Below, piece after piece: positions 7,858-14,981 of a stretch of DNA of 30,944 bases (positions are counted from its first letter, which is position 1; every line of letters starts with the position of its first letter). The stretch lies in the IMG/VR virus record IMGVR_UViG_3300042549_002952, positions 1 through 30,944 of that record; one strand, 5' to 3'. A program made the translations under genes and the position numbers. The notes beneath the pieces are model-generated. The model made no database searches and was not told where the DNA came from. It saw only the letters and a program-made list of their open reading frames with translations. This DNA is from a virus. Taxonomy: Duplodnaviria > Caudoviricetes.

Positions 7858-9441
7858 TTACGCAGCAATCGCTGCGTCAATGTCGCCAGTAATGCGCACG
7901 CCGTTCGACTCCCACATCGGGATGAGTGAGCCGGCATTGAGTGCACGGGCGAGGTGTCCGAGACGCATGGCCTCAGAGATGGTGAGCGTGCCGATGGCAT
8001 CGCCAAGGTCGTGTCCTGGCTGAACCTCTTCGCCGATGGCGATCGAGATCAGCGCTCGAGCAAGGTCGTCGTCGGCGTGATCGGCGAAGGCGATCAGTGA
8101 GCTAGCGATGTTGAATCGGCGCTCGGTCTTCTTGCCGCCGGGGCCGGTCATGTTGACGGGCCGGTTCGCATCCTTCGCTGCTTGCATCATTGCGCCGAGC
8201 CAGGTGCGACCTTCGACGGTGAGCTTGCGTGCGTGCTTGTTGACGCTCTGAGTCTCAGGAGTGCCGACTTCGGCACCTTCGTCGGGTGTACCACGTCGCT
8301 GTGGTGCAGCCTCGCGACGCTCAACGAGCACTTCGCCTGGCTTCGGGTCGGGAAACGCTGCGCCGACCTGTGTCTCAATCATCGCCACTGCCTGCTCGAT
8401 CGGCTCGGCGAGATGGTTGGCAATTGACTTGCCACTGCCGAGCGTGGGAATGCCTTCGGGCCATGAGTTGCGAATGAGCTGCGAGTGTCCTGCGTCGATC
8501 AGTGACTTAAGTCGACCAGTCATCCACGCGCGCCACTCGTCGTCGACGTTGCCGTCAGCGGCGGCGAGGATCTTTTCGGCTGCTGCGATTTGCTTGGTGC
8601 GTGTCACCACGTCGACCTCGACGGTGATCGGTGACAGCACCTTTGACTTGCGCATCTGTCGCACAGCAATCGCGAGCTCGAGCGCTTCAGCACCGACGGC
8701 GAGATCCAGCCAGTGAAGATCGCAGTGGCCACTGCCTGGCTGCACATGAATGATGACGCCCTGCAGCTTTGACACCTCGGGCATCGGCTCACGGGTGTCT
8801 TCGCTGCCGTCGGCCGCTGCGCCTTGGTTGTAGAGAGCGTCGGCGTTGGCGTAGATCGACAACTGAATGGCGAAAGCCAACGCGCCGAGCAGCGATGAGC
8901 CGGTCTTGTAATCGGCGACGAAGCGCTGGCCGGTTTCGTCTTCGACCAGGAGATCGAACGTGCCGGCGATCTGGTGACGATCGTGCACGATCATGCGTTC
9001 GGAGTAGCCGTCCACAACGCGCAAGCGGGCGGACGCCAGCGCATCGTGGACGGCTTGAATGTCGCTGCCGTAGGGGTCCGGCGCGACAAAGGTGGGGTCA
9101 ATGAACGAGCGCTCGAGCATTCCGTGCACAGCAGTGCCGAGGTCACGACGTACCGTCGCTCCCCCTTGCTCAGCAGCTCGTTCGCAGATCCCGTCGAGGG
9201 CTTTCTTGTCGGTGTCGGGAGTTGTCGACACCAGAGCGACAAGGTCGGGACGTTGCGCGAGGCCAATGGCCACCATGCGCTTGCCCCAGTTGAGCAGACC
9301 GCCCGAGTCTTCGATGCCCTTGGCGATTGTCGTCGCCCTGGTGTAGCCGATCGGCTTAGTGCCACCTTCGGGCAGGACGACATAGCGTCCCCATCGATCA
9401 CGTCGGGTCGGCAGTTGTGTGAGTTCGTCGGTTGCAGTCAT
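7858..9441 (-). CDS. PD-(D/E)XK (RecB/Cas4-like) exonuclease with a long C-terminal extension
   Basis: YTRATT, LGTAVHG, AGTFDLL...VADYKTG...IQLSIYA motifs. Confidence 0.85.
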   Translation of the reverse strand: MTATDELTQLPTRRDRWGRYVVLPEGGTKPIGYTRATTIAKGIEDSGGLLNWGKRMVAIGLAQRPDLVALVSTTPDTDKKALDGICERAAEQGGATVRRDLGTAVHGMLERSFIDPTFVAPDPYGSDIQAVHDALASARLRVVDGYSERMIVHDRHQIAGTFDLLVEDETGQRFVADYKTGSSLLGALAFAIQLSIYANADALYNQGAAADGSEDTREPMPEVSKLQGVIIHVQPGSGHCDLHWLDLAVGAEALELAIAVRQMRKSKVLSPITVEVDVVTRTKQIAAAEKILAAADGNVDDEWRAWMTGRLKSLIDAGHSQLIRNSWPEGIPTLGSGKSIANHLAEPIEQAVAMIETQVGAAFPDPKPGEVLVERREAAPQRRGTPDEGAEVGTPETQSVNKHARKLTVEGRTWLGAMMQAAKDANRPVNMTGPGGKKTERRFNIASSLIAFADHADDDLARALISIAIGEEVQPGHDLGDAIGTLTISEAMRLGHLARALNAGSLIPMWESNGVRITGDIDAAIAA

Positions 9442-9463
9442 GCCCGTGTCCTTTTGTGATTGG

Positions 9464-9808
9464 TTAGAAAGCGGCGAAGGTGTTGCGGGTCTTGCGCTTG
9501 TAATCAGCGTTCGCTTCGGTGCAGTGCTCGCATCGGCAGCCGGCTGTGTATTTGCCGCGTGTGCCGTGCTTGGCTTTGTTCGGGATGATTTCCCGACGCT
9601 TGCGCTCTTCGGTGATCTCTTTGCCAGCGATGCCTGCCCAGATGCCGTAGCGCTCAGGGTTGCGACTGATCCACTCGAGGCAGCTGTCGATCACTGGGCA
9701 GGTCGCGCAGATTGCTTTCGCACGTTCCACGCCTTGCCAGTCGCCACGCACTGGGAACATCACGTCGGTGAGTCCCTTGCACGCTGCTCGATCAGACCAG
9801 TGGCTCAC
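9464..9808 (-). CDS. whiB: WhiB-family Fe-S transcription factor with C-terminal HGT-CRC motif
   Basis: WSDRAAC...MFP...AKAICATCPVIDSCLEW...YGIWAG; GTGA overlap at 9808 (alternative start 9820). Confidence 0.93.
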   Translation of the reverse strand: MSHWSDRAACKGLTDVMFPVRGDWQGVERAKAICATCPVIDSCLEWISRNPERYGIWAGIAGKEITEERKRREIIPNKAKHGTRGKYTAGCRCEHCTEANADYKRKTRNTFAAF

Positions 9809-9999
9809 GTCGGACCACACGAACGGTGGTAGGCGATCTCGGCTTGCAGTGCGTCGACAAGTCGATCGAGATGAGCGATGCGTCGGCGACAGACCTCGAG
9901 AGTTTCGATGCTGTCGCTGAGCACCTCGCGATCAATCTCTGCAGCCAGGAACTCTTCGAGCAGTCGTGCTTTCATGCGGTCGATCTGGTGTTCGTTCAC
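9805..9999 (-). CDS. Hypothetical coiled-coil protein
   Basis: GTG start after GGAG with GTGA overlap; RIAHLDRLVDALQAEI. Confidence 0.7.
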   Translation of the reverse strand: MNEHQIDRMKARLLEEFLAAEIDREVLSDSIETLEVCRRRIAHLDRLVDALQAEIAYHRSCGPT

Positions 10000-10349
10000 G
10001 GTTTCTCTCCGATCATTGCCATGAGGGTCGTGAAGGCTTCGCCTGTCATGGCGACATACCAATCAGCAGGGCTGGTCTTGCGTGTGCGCTTGAACCACAC
10101 AACGCCGAAGCGGCGACCGGCGTTGCCTGCCTGGTCGTTCGCTCGATCAATCCAGTGCGACAGTTGGCCGGCGTAGCTCGAGTAGTTCTTCACATCGATG
10201 CTCGGCCACTCGATGATCGGCACAAACAGATCGCCACGATCGTCAGTTGCGCCGGCAGGGATACGTTGCGCGCGCACGCCAAGGGTTGCGAGGTACTCGA
10301 CCACGGCACGCTCAGCGTCTGAGCCCTTGCGTTTCTGTGGGTTAGTCAC
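9996..10349 (-). CDS. Holliday junction resolvase (Hjc-like PD-(D/E)XK)
   Basis: KRKGSDAERAVVEYL...DDRGDL...IDVKN motif. Confidence 0.85.
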   Translation of the reverse strand: MTNPQKRKGSDAERAVVEYLATLGVRAQRIPAGATDDRGDLFVPIIEWPSIDVKNYSSYAGQLSHWIDRANDQAGNAGRRFGVVWFKRTRKTSPADWYVAMTGEAFTTLMAMIGEKP

Positions 10350-10438
10350 AGCACGCCGCCACTGATCAGCCAGACCCAAAGCATCACCATGAAGACGATG
10401 CAGAAAACTGCGACCATTGCGAGCCAGTCGGACTTCAT
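10346..10438 (-). CDS. Tiny single-TM membrane protein (30 aa)
   Basis: MKSDWLAMVAVFCIVFMVMLLVWLISGGVL; 4-nt overlaps at both ends. Confidence 0.6.
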   Translation of the reverse strand: MKSDWLAMVAVFCIVFMVMLWVWLISGGVL

Positions 10439-10614
10439 CGCTTAACCGGCCATGCAAAGATGCCGACCGCTGCAGCTGCACACAATGCAACCAAGGCGAT
10501 CATCGGGCCAAGAAGATCAGACTGCGCGATTGCTTCGACTGGTGTCGGCAGCAATGCAAAGCCGACGACGAGTGCGCTGAACTGCAGCGCCTGTTTCAAC
10601 GTCGCGCGCTTCAC
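10435..10614 (-). CDS. Small two-TM membrane protein
   Basis: Two hydrophobic segments; GTGA overlap. Confidence 0.65.
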   Translation of the reverse strand: MKRATLKQALQFSALVVGFALLPTPVEAIAQSDLLGPMIALVALCAAAAVGIFAWPVKR

Positions 10615-10760
10615 GCTGCACCGTCCGGCGTTGACGCAGTCCAAGCGTGTGTTGGGTGAGTCAGGTGTGCGCAAGTGTGGCGACGGATTTCATCGAGTCG
10701 TTGTTCGGCGGTGCCGAATGCTGCGATGAGTCCGCATCGAGGACAGCGAACGATCGTCAT
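10611..10760 (-). CDS. Small Zn-binding protein
   Basis: MTIVRCPRCG...RRHTC; ATGA overlap with xis. Confidence 0.6.
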   Translation of the reverse strand: MTIVRCPRCGLIAAFGTAEQRLDEIRRHTCAHLTHPTHAWTASTPDGAA

Positions 10761-10972
10761 GCCGCACGCTCTGGCGTGGTGGTGTGGCGGCCGATCCACT
10801 TATCAATGGCGACGATGTCGAAGCGAAGCCGACGATCGATGCGCGTGACGGGGATGCGGTTCTGCTTGACCAGCTCGTAGATCGTGTCCTTCGACAGCCC
10901 GGTGTATTCGACCAGCCAGGGAAGGTCACGAAGTCGCCCGAGTTGGCCCGATTCGTTGGTGAGTGGCTCCAT
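10757..10972 (-). CDS. Excisionase / Cro-like HTH_17 protein
   Basis: LVEYTGLSKDTIYELVKQNRIPVTRIDRRLRFDIVAIDKWI winged-helix Xis signature; first gene of the early operon. Confidence 0.85.
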   Translation of the reverse strand: MEPLTNESGQLGRLRDLPWLVEYTGLSKDTIYELVKQNRIPVTRIDRRLRFDIVAIDKWIGRHTTTPERAA

Positions 10973-10980
10973 GCCGCTGC

Positions 10981-11010
10981 ACCGTACTGCTCACCTATTT
11001 AGCATGTCAA
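10981..11010 (-). promoter_or_regulatory. Early lytic promoter TTGACA-18-TACGGT, probably leaderless transcript
   Basis: Perfect -35 at 11010..11005; -10 at 10986..10981; ATG 8 nt downstream with no SD. Confidence 0.7.
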
Positions 11011-11131
11011 GCATTTAGATTTTGAAATGATTTAGGGCGGCAGGTTGTCTTTCTATTTGCGACTGCTTAGGGTGATAAGTAGGGCAAGCCAGTAGGGGCC
11101 AAGCCGGTCACGCTTGCTCTAGATTTAGGGC
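10997..11131. promoter_or_regulatory. Immunity region with repeated ATTTAG / TAGGG motifs (candidate operators)
   Basis: GATTTAGGGC at 11029-11038 and 11122-11131; ATTTAG at 10997 and 11013; AGTAGGG(G)C(C)AAGCC twice at 11078-11105. Confidence 0.55.
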
Positions 11132-11137
11132 AGCACT

Positions 11138-11512
11138 ATGGCACGACAGACGAACACCACCGACGAGCAGCGCAAAGCATTCTCGGTCGCTCTTAAGGCA
11201 GCGATGGCAGCTGCGGGCGTCGAGTCTGCAGCGCAACTTCATAGGCGCGCGCTTGTGGCTGGCATAGATAAGACCTCTAGCGCTGTCGGTCACTGGACGA
11301 CCGGCTACTCAGAACCTGCTCGACCCGAAGTTCTGATCCTCGAGCAGATTTGCGAAGTTGAGCCAGGGCATCTCTCACGCCACCTGGGCTGGGTTCCCGT
11401 CGGCATCAGTGAAGAGACCACGATTGAGCAGATGATCTTGGCTGACCGGGATCTCACCGACGCCAACAAAGCCACGCTGCTCGGACTCATTGAGATGCTG
11501 CGGCGCTCGTAG
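11138..11512 (+). CDS. Immunity repressor (XRE-family HTH)
   Basis: Only clear plus-strand gene, divergent from xis; SAAQLHRR...TSSAVGHWTTGYSEP...LEQICEVEPGHLSRHLG. Confidence 0.8.
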   Translation: MARQTNTTDEQRKAFSVALKAAMAAAGVESAAQLHRRALVAGIDKTSSAVGHWTTGYSEPARPEVLILEQICEVEPGHLSRHLGWVPVGISEETTIEQMILADRDLTDANKATLLGLIEMLRRS

Positions 11513-11698
11513 TAAGCCGCCGACAATTCGCAGCTGCTCAACTACTGCGCTGCACAGTGCTGGATCATCGCCAGCGATGTGAGCAGCACACACGAAAGCC
11601 GTGAACCATTGGCTTTTTGTGTAGTCGTCGCTCATGGCGTCGAAACTAGCGAGCCCCTCTGACAGACCGATTTCGGGGGGGGTGATTGCATTCGCCAT
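11375..11698 (-). CDS. Possible hypothetical protein, 3' end antisense to the repressor
   Basis: ORF fills the integrase-repressor gap but overlaps the repressor by 138 bp; no recognisable motif. Confidence 0.3.
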   Translation of the reverse strand: MANAITPPEIGLSEGLASFDAMSDDYTKSQWFTAFVCAAHIAGDDPALCSAVVEQLRIVGGLLRAPQHLNESEQRGFVGVGEIPVSQDHLLNRGLFTDADGNPAQVA

Positions 11699-11779
11699 TT
11701 CGACCGCCGTCCGAATAACAATTCTCCGCTAAGTGTCTGCAACCTAACCGTGACCGATGTCACGCGCAAGCGGTGGCAC

Positions 11780-12874
11780 CTATTTCGCAGACCGCAGGTC
11801 GTCAAGGTCGCCAGCCAGTTCGGCATCCATGCCAGCCATGAGGTGGCCGTAGCGATCCATCGTGATCGCGATCGAGGCGTGGCCAAGCCGCTGCTGGATC
11901 GCCTTCGGGTGAGCGCCAGCATTGATTGCCAGCGCCACAGAGGTGTGGCGAAGATCGTGAAAGCGGGGCATGTTGACGAAGGCTGGCTTGTAGTTCCTGA
12001 TGACCTGCTCCCCCATGCCGGCGGCGTAGCAGGCTGGATACCAGATGTTGCGTCGGAAGCTCTGAGAGATCGGGTTGCCGAATGACGAGGTGAAGATCAG
12101 GTCGCTCGGCTTCGGGCCGGTGAACTGGTCAAGGTGTGCTTGCAGTTCGATCGCCACCGACTCAGGCAGCACGATCGTGCGCCGGCCAGCCGCAGTTTTC
12201 GGGTCTTCTCTCAGCCATTGTTTGTTGAGAAACATCAGCTGCCCGGCGACCGTTATGCGCGCGCCTTGGACATCCATGCGACGCAGACCGACAAGTTCAG
12301 ACCAGCGCAAGCCGCCATAGGCAGCGACCAAGACGAGGCACTTGTAGCGCTCGGGAATGGCAGCGGCGATTCCTTCGATCTGCTCAACGGTGAAGGTCTC
12401 CATGTCTCGTCGAGGGATGCGTGGCGCTTTGACTTTGTCGACGACATTCTTCGCAGCGATCCCCTGGTCGACTGCCCAGTTAAGCATCGTGGCAAGGGTC
12501 CGATGATGACGACGAACGCTCGAGGGCGCGAGACGTTTCAACTCTTGAGCAAGCCATCGCTGCACTGCCGGCGGCGTAAGCGCTGAGACTTTGAGATCGC
12601 CGAAGGTCGGCAAGATGTAGCGGTTCAGATCGCGCTGGTATGTCCAGAGGGTGCCAGGAGACAGATGGATCGATGCGTCGATCCACTGCTCAGCCAATTC
12701 GGCGACCGAGATCGAGCCGTCGTAAGAAGTCCGCAGGCCGCGCTTGATGTCAGTGGTGACAGAGGCGAGATAGGCGGTGGCTTGCTTCTTGGTCTCGAAA
12801 GACTTGGCCCGCTGAGCGCCGTTCTCGTCTCGCCAACGTGCTCTCCACTTGCCTCGATAGTTGTCGACTGCCAC
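11780..12874 (-). CDS. int: Tyrosine integrase
   Basis: GLRWSEL, PKT, FHDLRHT, LGHASIAITMDRYGHL catalytic motifs; N-terminal arm-binding WRARWRD; GTG start after AAAGGG. Confidence 0.96.
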   Translation of the reverse strand: MAVDNYRGKWRARWRDENGAQRAKSFETKKQATAYLASVTTDIKRGLRTSYDGSISVAELAEQWIDASIHLSPGTLWTYQRDLNRYILPTFGDLKVSALTPPAVQRWLAQELKRLAPSSVRRHHRTLATMLNWAVDQGIAAKNVVDKVKAPRIPRRDMETFTVEQIEGIAAAIPERYKCLVLVAAYGGLRWSELVGLRRMDVQGARITVAGQLMFLNKQWLREDPKTAAGRRTIVLPESVAIELQAHLDQFTGPKPSDLIFTSSFGNPISQSFRRNIWYPACYAAGMGEQVIRNYKPAFVNMPRFHDLRHTSVALAINAGAHPKAIQQRLGHASIAITMDRYGHLMAGMDAELAGDLDDLRSAK

Positions 12875-13005
12875 GTCTCGCCCTTTCAGATCCCTAGCGG
12901 TACACATTACGGTACACATTTGGGGCCCGATTCGCACCGATTCGGGCCAGTTGCGGCCATTGCGTCAGTTTGTGACGACGTTGGGAAACTGTTCAGAAAA
13001 CCAAC

Positions 13006-13033
13006 AAAAACCCCGCTTTTTTGCAGGGTTTTT
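13006..13033. terminator. Bidirectional intrinsic terminator downstream of the tRNA fragment
   Basis: AAAAACCCCGC-TTTTTT-GCAGGGTTTTT stem with A/T tracts on both sides. Confidence 0.7.
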
Positions 13034-13037
13034 GATA

Positions 13038-13091
13038 GTGCCCGGAGCGGGATTTGAACCCGCAAGAAGTTGCCTCCCGGGGGGTTTAAGC
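13038..13091 (-). other. attP core = 3' half of tRNA-Leu(UAA)
   Basis: Minus strand reads CTTAAAC (anticodon loop), CCCCC, long variable arm GGGAG-GCAA-CTTCT, T arm GCGGG-TTCAAAT-CCCGC, acceptor strand TCCGGGC-A. No matching 5' half upstream. Confidence 0.85.
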
Positions 13092-13415
13092 GCCCTCTAC
13101 ACGTTCAAGGGGCACATGGGATTAGAGGCCCCCGGTACACCATTTGGTACACGAAAAAGGCCGATTTGTGTACCAGAAAAAACCCTAGCGAGACCCCTCG
13201 GCTTTGTTCATTGCGAGACTAACTGGCACTTGGCGATTGAGCTGCGACGATTTAGGCCGAGGGGTTTCTAGACAACCATCACTTGCATCTACGCCCAACG
13301 CACGCAAGGCATCGCAGGTGCTGCTGGTACACGTCGGTACACATCGCGCGATTGGCCCCTGTGTGGCCCGTAGAGCGCCTGCCAAGATCGTCGCCGGTAG
13401 TTGCGCCACAACGCA

Positions 13416-13459
13416 GAAGATCCCCCGCCGTGGCCTATTGGCACTAGCGGGGGATCTTC
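13416..13459 (-). terminator. Probable terminator of the late operon
   Basis: 13-bp perfect inverted repeat GAAGATCCCCCGC / GCGGGGGATCTTC downstream of the holin; weak U tract. Confidence 0.65.
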
Positions 13460-13559
13460 GCAGACCGGCTCAGTTAGGTGTTGCGGGCTCAGCCCTTGAA
13501 GGTCTGATCGCTTCCATTCGCCGCAGCAGGGGACGGCGTGATCGAGCCGGGGATCTTGC

Positions 13560-13826
13560 TCAGAGAATCTCTGAGCCTGGAGGGATGGTGGCGTTCACTG
13601 GCAGCGTGAGCAGCGAGGTGCTGCCCTTGTCGCCGATGCCAGCCGAAGCGATCGAGCTCAGAAGACTGAGCACGCCAGCGGTGGCGGCGGTGCCGGCGAT
13701 GGCTTGCCAATCGGCGGTGAACCAATCGAAGGTGGTCGCAGCCAAGACGGCGATGAGCGCCTGGGCGACTGTCTTGATCGCGCGCTCGGCGGCTGACTTC
13801 CAGAAGGTTGCGGTGAACATGGTCAT
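13560..13826 (-). CDS. Holin (r1t-like family)
   Basis: FWKSAAERAIKTVAQALIA...DWQAIAGTAATAGVLSLLSSIAS signature; two TM segments. Confidence 0.9.
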   Translation of the reverse strand: MTMFTATFWKSAAERAIKTVAQALIAVLAATTFDWFTADWQAIAGTAATAGVLSLLSSIASAGIGDKGSTSLLTLPVNATIPPGSEIL

Positions 13827-14365
13827 GGCTCCTGTGTTGATTGGGTGAGAACGGTGAAGGGTTCGCAGACCGATGTGGAATGCAGAGCTGCTGAATAGAG
13901 CGCCATCTGCACTCGAGCTTCGGGGTCACCACTGGTCGAGGCCAGCGAACCGAGGGCGAAGTGATCGCCGCAGCCGATGGCTTCGTAGCCAAGGGCAGAG
14001 CGGCCGACGTGGTAGTCCTCGTCGATGCAGTAGAGAGCGCCCCGATAGCCGACCAGGAACACTCCCCCGCTGTCTTCGTTGTCGCTGCTCTTGGCGAAGC
14101 CTCCCTGGTGGAAGAGCTTGCGGCAGGCGTCGACGAAGACGGTGCAGAGGTGCGTCATGTCGTCATCGGTGATTTGCTTAGGCACCTTGAGTCGGTACTG
14201 CAGCAGCTGGCCCATGCGGAACGAATCGCAGTAGCCGATCAGATACTCACCAACGGTGAAGACCTTGGGGTCGGTGTAGCGGGTGATGCGAGTGTCTTCG
14301 ACTGCAGCGGCGTCGCCGCCGATGATGACGGTGCCGTCATGCTCAAGGCCGACGATGCAGGTCAC
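13823..14365 (-). CDS. Ntn-hydrolase threonine protease (proteasome beta / HslV-like)
   Basis: (M)TCIVGL start; Thr1, Asp17 and Lys33 fall at proteasome-beta numbering; AIGCGDHFALGSL matches the GSG-x-x-A-x-G motif. Confidence 0.82.
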   Translation of the reverse strand: MTCIVGLEHDGTVIIGGDAAAVEDTRITRYTDPKVFTVGEYLIGYCDSFRMGQLLQYRLKVPKQITDDDMTHLCTVFVDACRKLFHQGGFAKSSDNEDSGGVFLVGYRGALYCIDEDYHVGRSALGYEAIGCGDHFALGSLASTSGDPEARVQMALYSAALHSTSVCEPFTVLTQSTQEP

Positions 14366-14604
14366 GACTCACGCTTCCAGAGGTAGGCGTTGCGAAGGTG
14401 CACGACCATCCACACGCAGGCGAGGACGGTAAAGGCGGGCCGCGGTTGAGGTCCGAGCGTTGAGTAGACGAGAAAAGGCACGCCGGTCAGTGATGCGGTC
14501 AGGCACCAGCCCCACCAGATGCGACGCTCGATGACGAGCGCGTAGACGCCGAGGCCAGCCAGATCGCAAGCGAGAATTAGCCACGTCCAGACCTGCTCAC
14601 TCAT
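14362..14604 (-). CDS. Small three-TM membrane protein
   Basis: Trp-rich hydrophobic segments (RRIWWGW...); loosely resembles half of a PnuC/SemiSWEET-type unit. Confidence 0.7.
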   Translation of the reverse strand: MSEQVWTWLILACDLAGLGVYALVIERRIWWGWCLTASLTGVPFLVYSTLGPQPRPAFTVLACVWMVVHLRNAYLWKRES

Positions 14605-14959
14605 CGTCGAGTTCGTCGAGGAAAGCGACTAGCGAGTCTTCCATTGCTTCGTCGCTGGCGTCAGCCCAGACGGCGTAGAGGCAGTCTGCGTAGCCGGCGA
14701 GGTCGACGATCGAGTCACGCACCATGTCAGCGGTGAACTGCTGATCGAGTGCGTTGCCGATGCGCGAGAGCTTGACGCTCAGCATGAAGGCGACTGCCTC
14801 AGGCACGCTGAGAGTGACGCCAGTGATCGCTTCAAAGATCTCAGCGGTGCGGCCGTAGTCCACGCTTGGGTGGTTATAGAGCGCACCTCGTGGCCCGTGG
14901 CAAAGTGCGTTGGCTTCGGCGGTGACAGAGTCCCAGAGCGGTCCTGGCTGAGTGTCCAC
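14597..14959 (-). CDS. DUF6378-like helical protein
   Basis: RGALYNHP...TAEIF...VAFMLSVKLSR...DSIVDLAGYA motif; GTG start after GGAGG. Confidence 0.78.
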   Translation of the reverse strand: MDTQPGPLWDSVTAEANALCHGPRGALYNHPSVDYGRTAEIFEAITGVTLSVPEAVAFMLSVKLSRIGNALDQQFTADMVRDSIVDLAGYADCLYAVWADASDEAMEDSLVAFLDELDDE

Positions 14960-14981
14960 GATTGCCTCCTGCGGGCGGTGG

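Larger units (their letters stand above)
12899..13342. repeat. Integrase arm-type sites (GGTACAC) around attP
   Basis: Copies at 12899, 12911, 13134, 13146, 13326 and 13336, plus an inverted copy at 13168-13174; arranged as tandem pairs flanking the core. Confidence 0.75.

Noticed and set aside
11030-11131. Telomere-like TTAGGG repeats
   Set aside because: Scattered rather than tandem, and located in the immunity region; operator sites are the simpler explanation.
13038-13130. Complete phage-encoded tRNA-Leu gene
   Set aside because: No D arm or 5' acceptor strand complementary to TCCGGGC upstream. Only the 3' half is present, as expected for attP.
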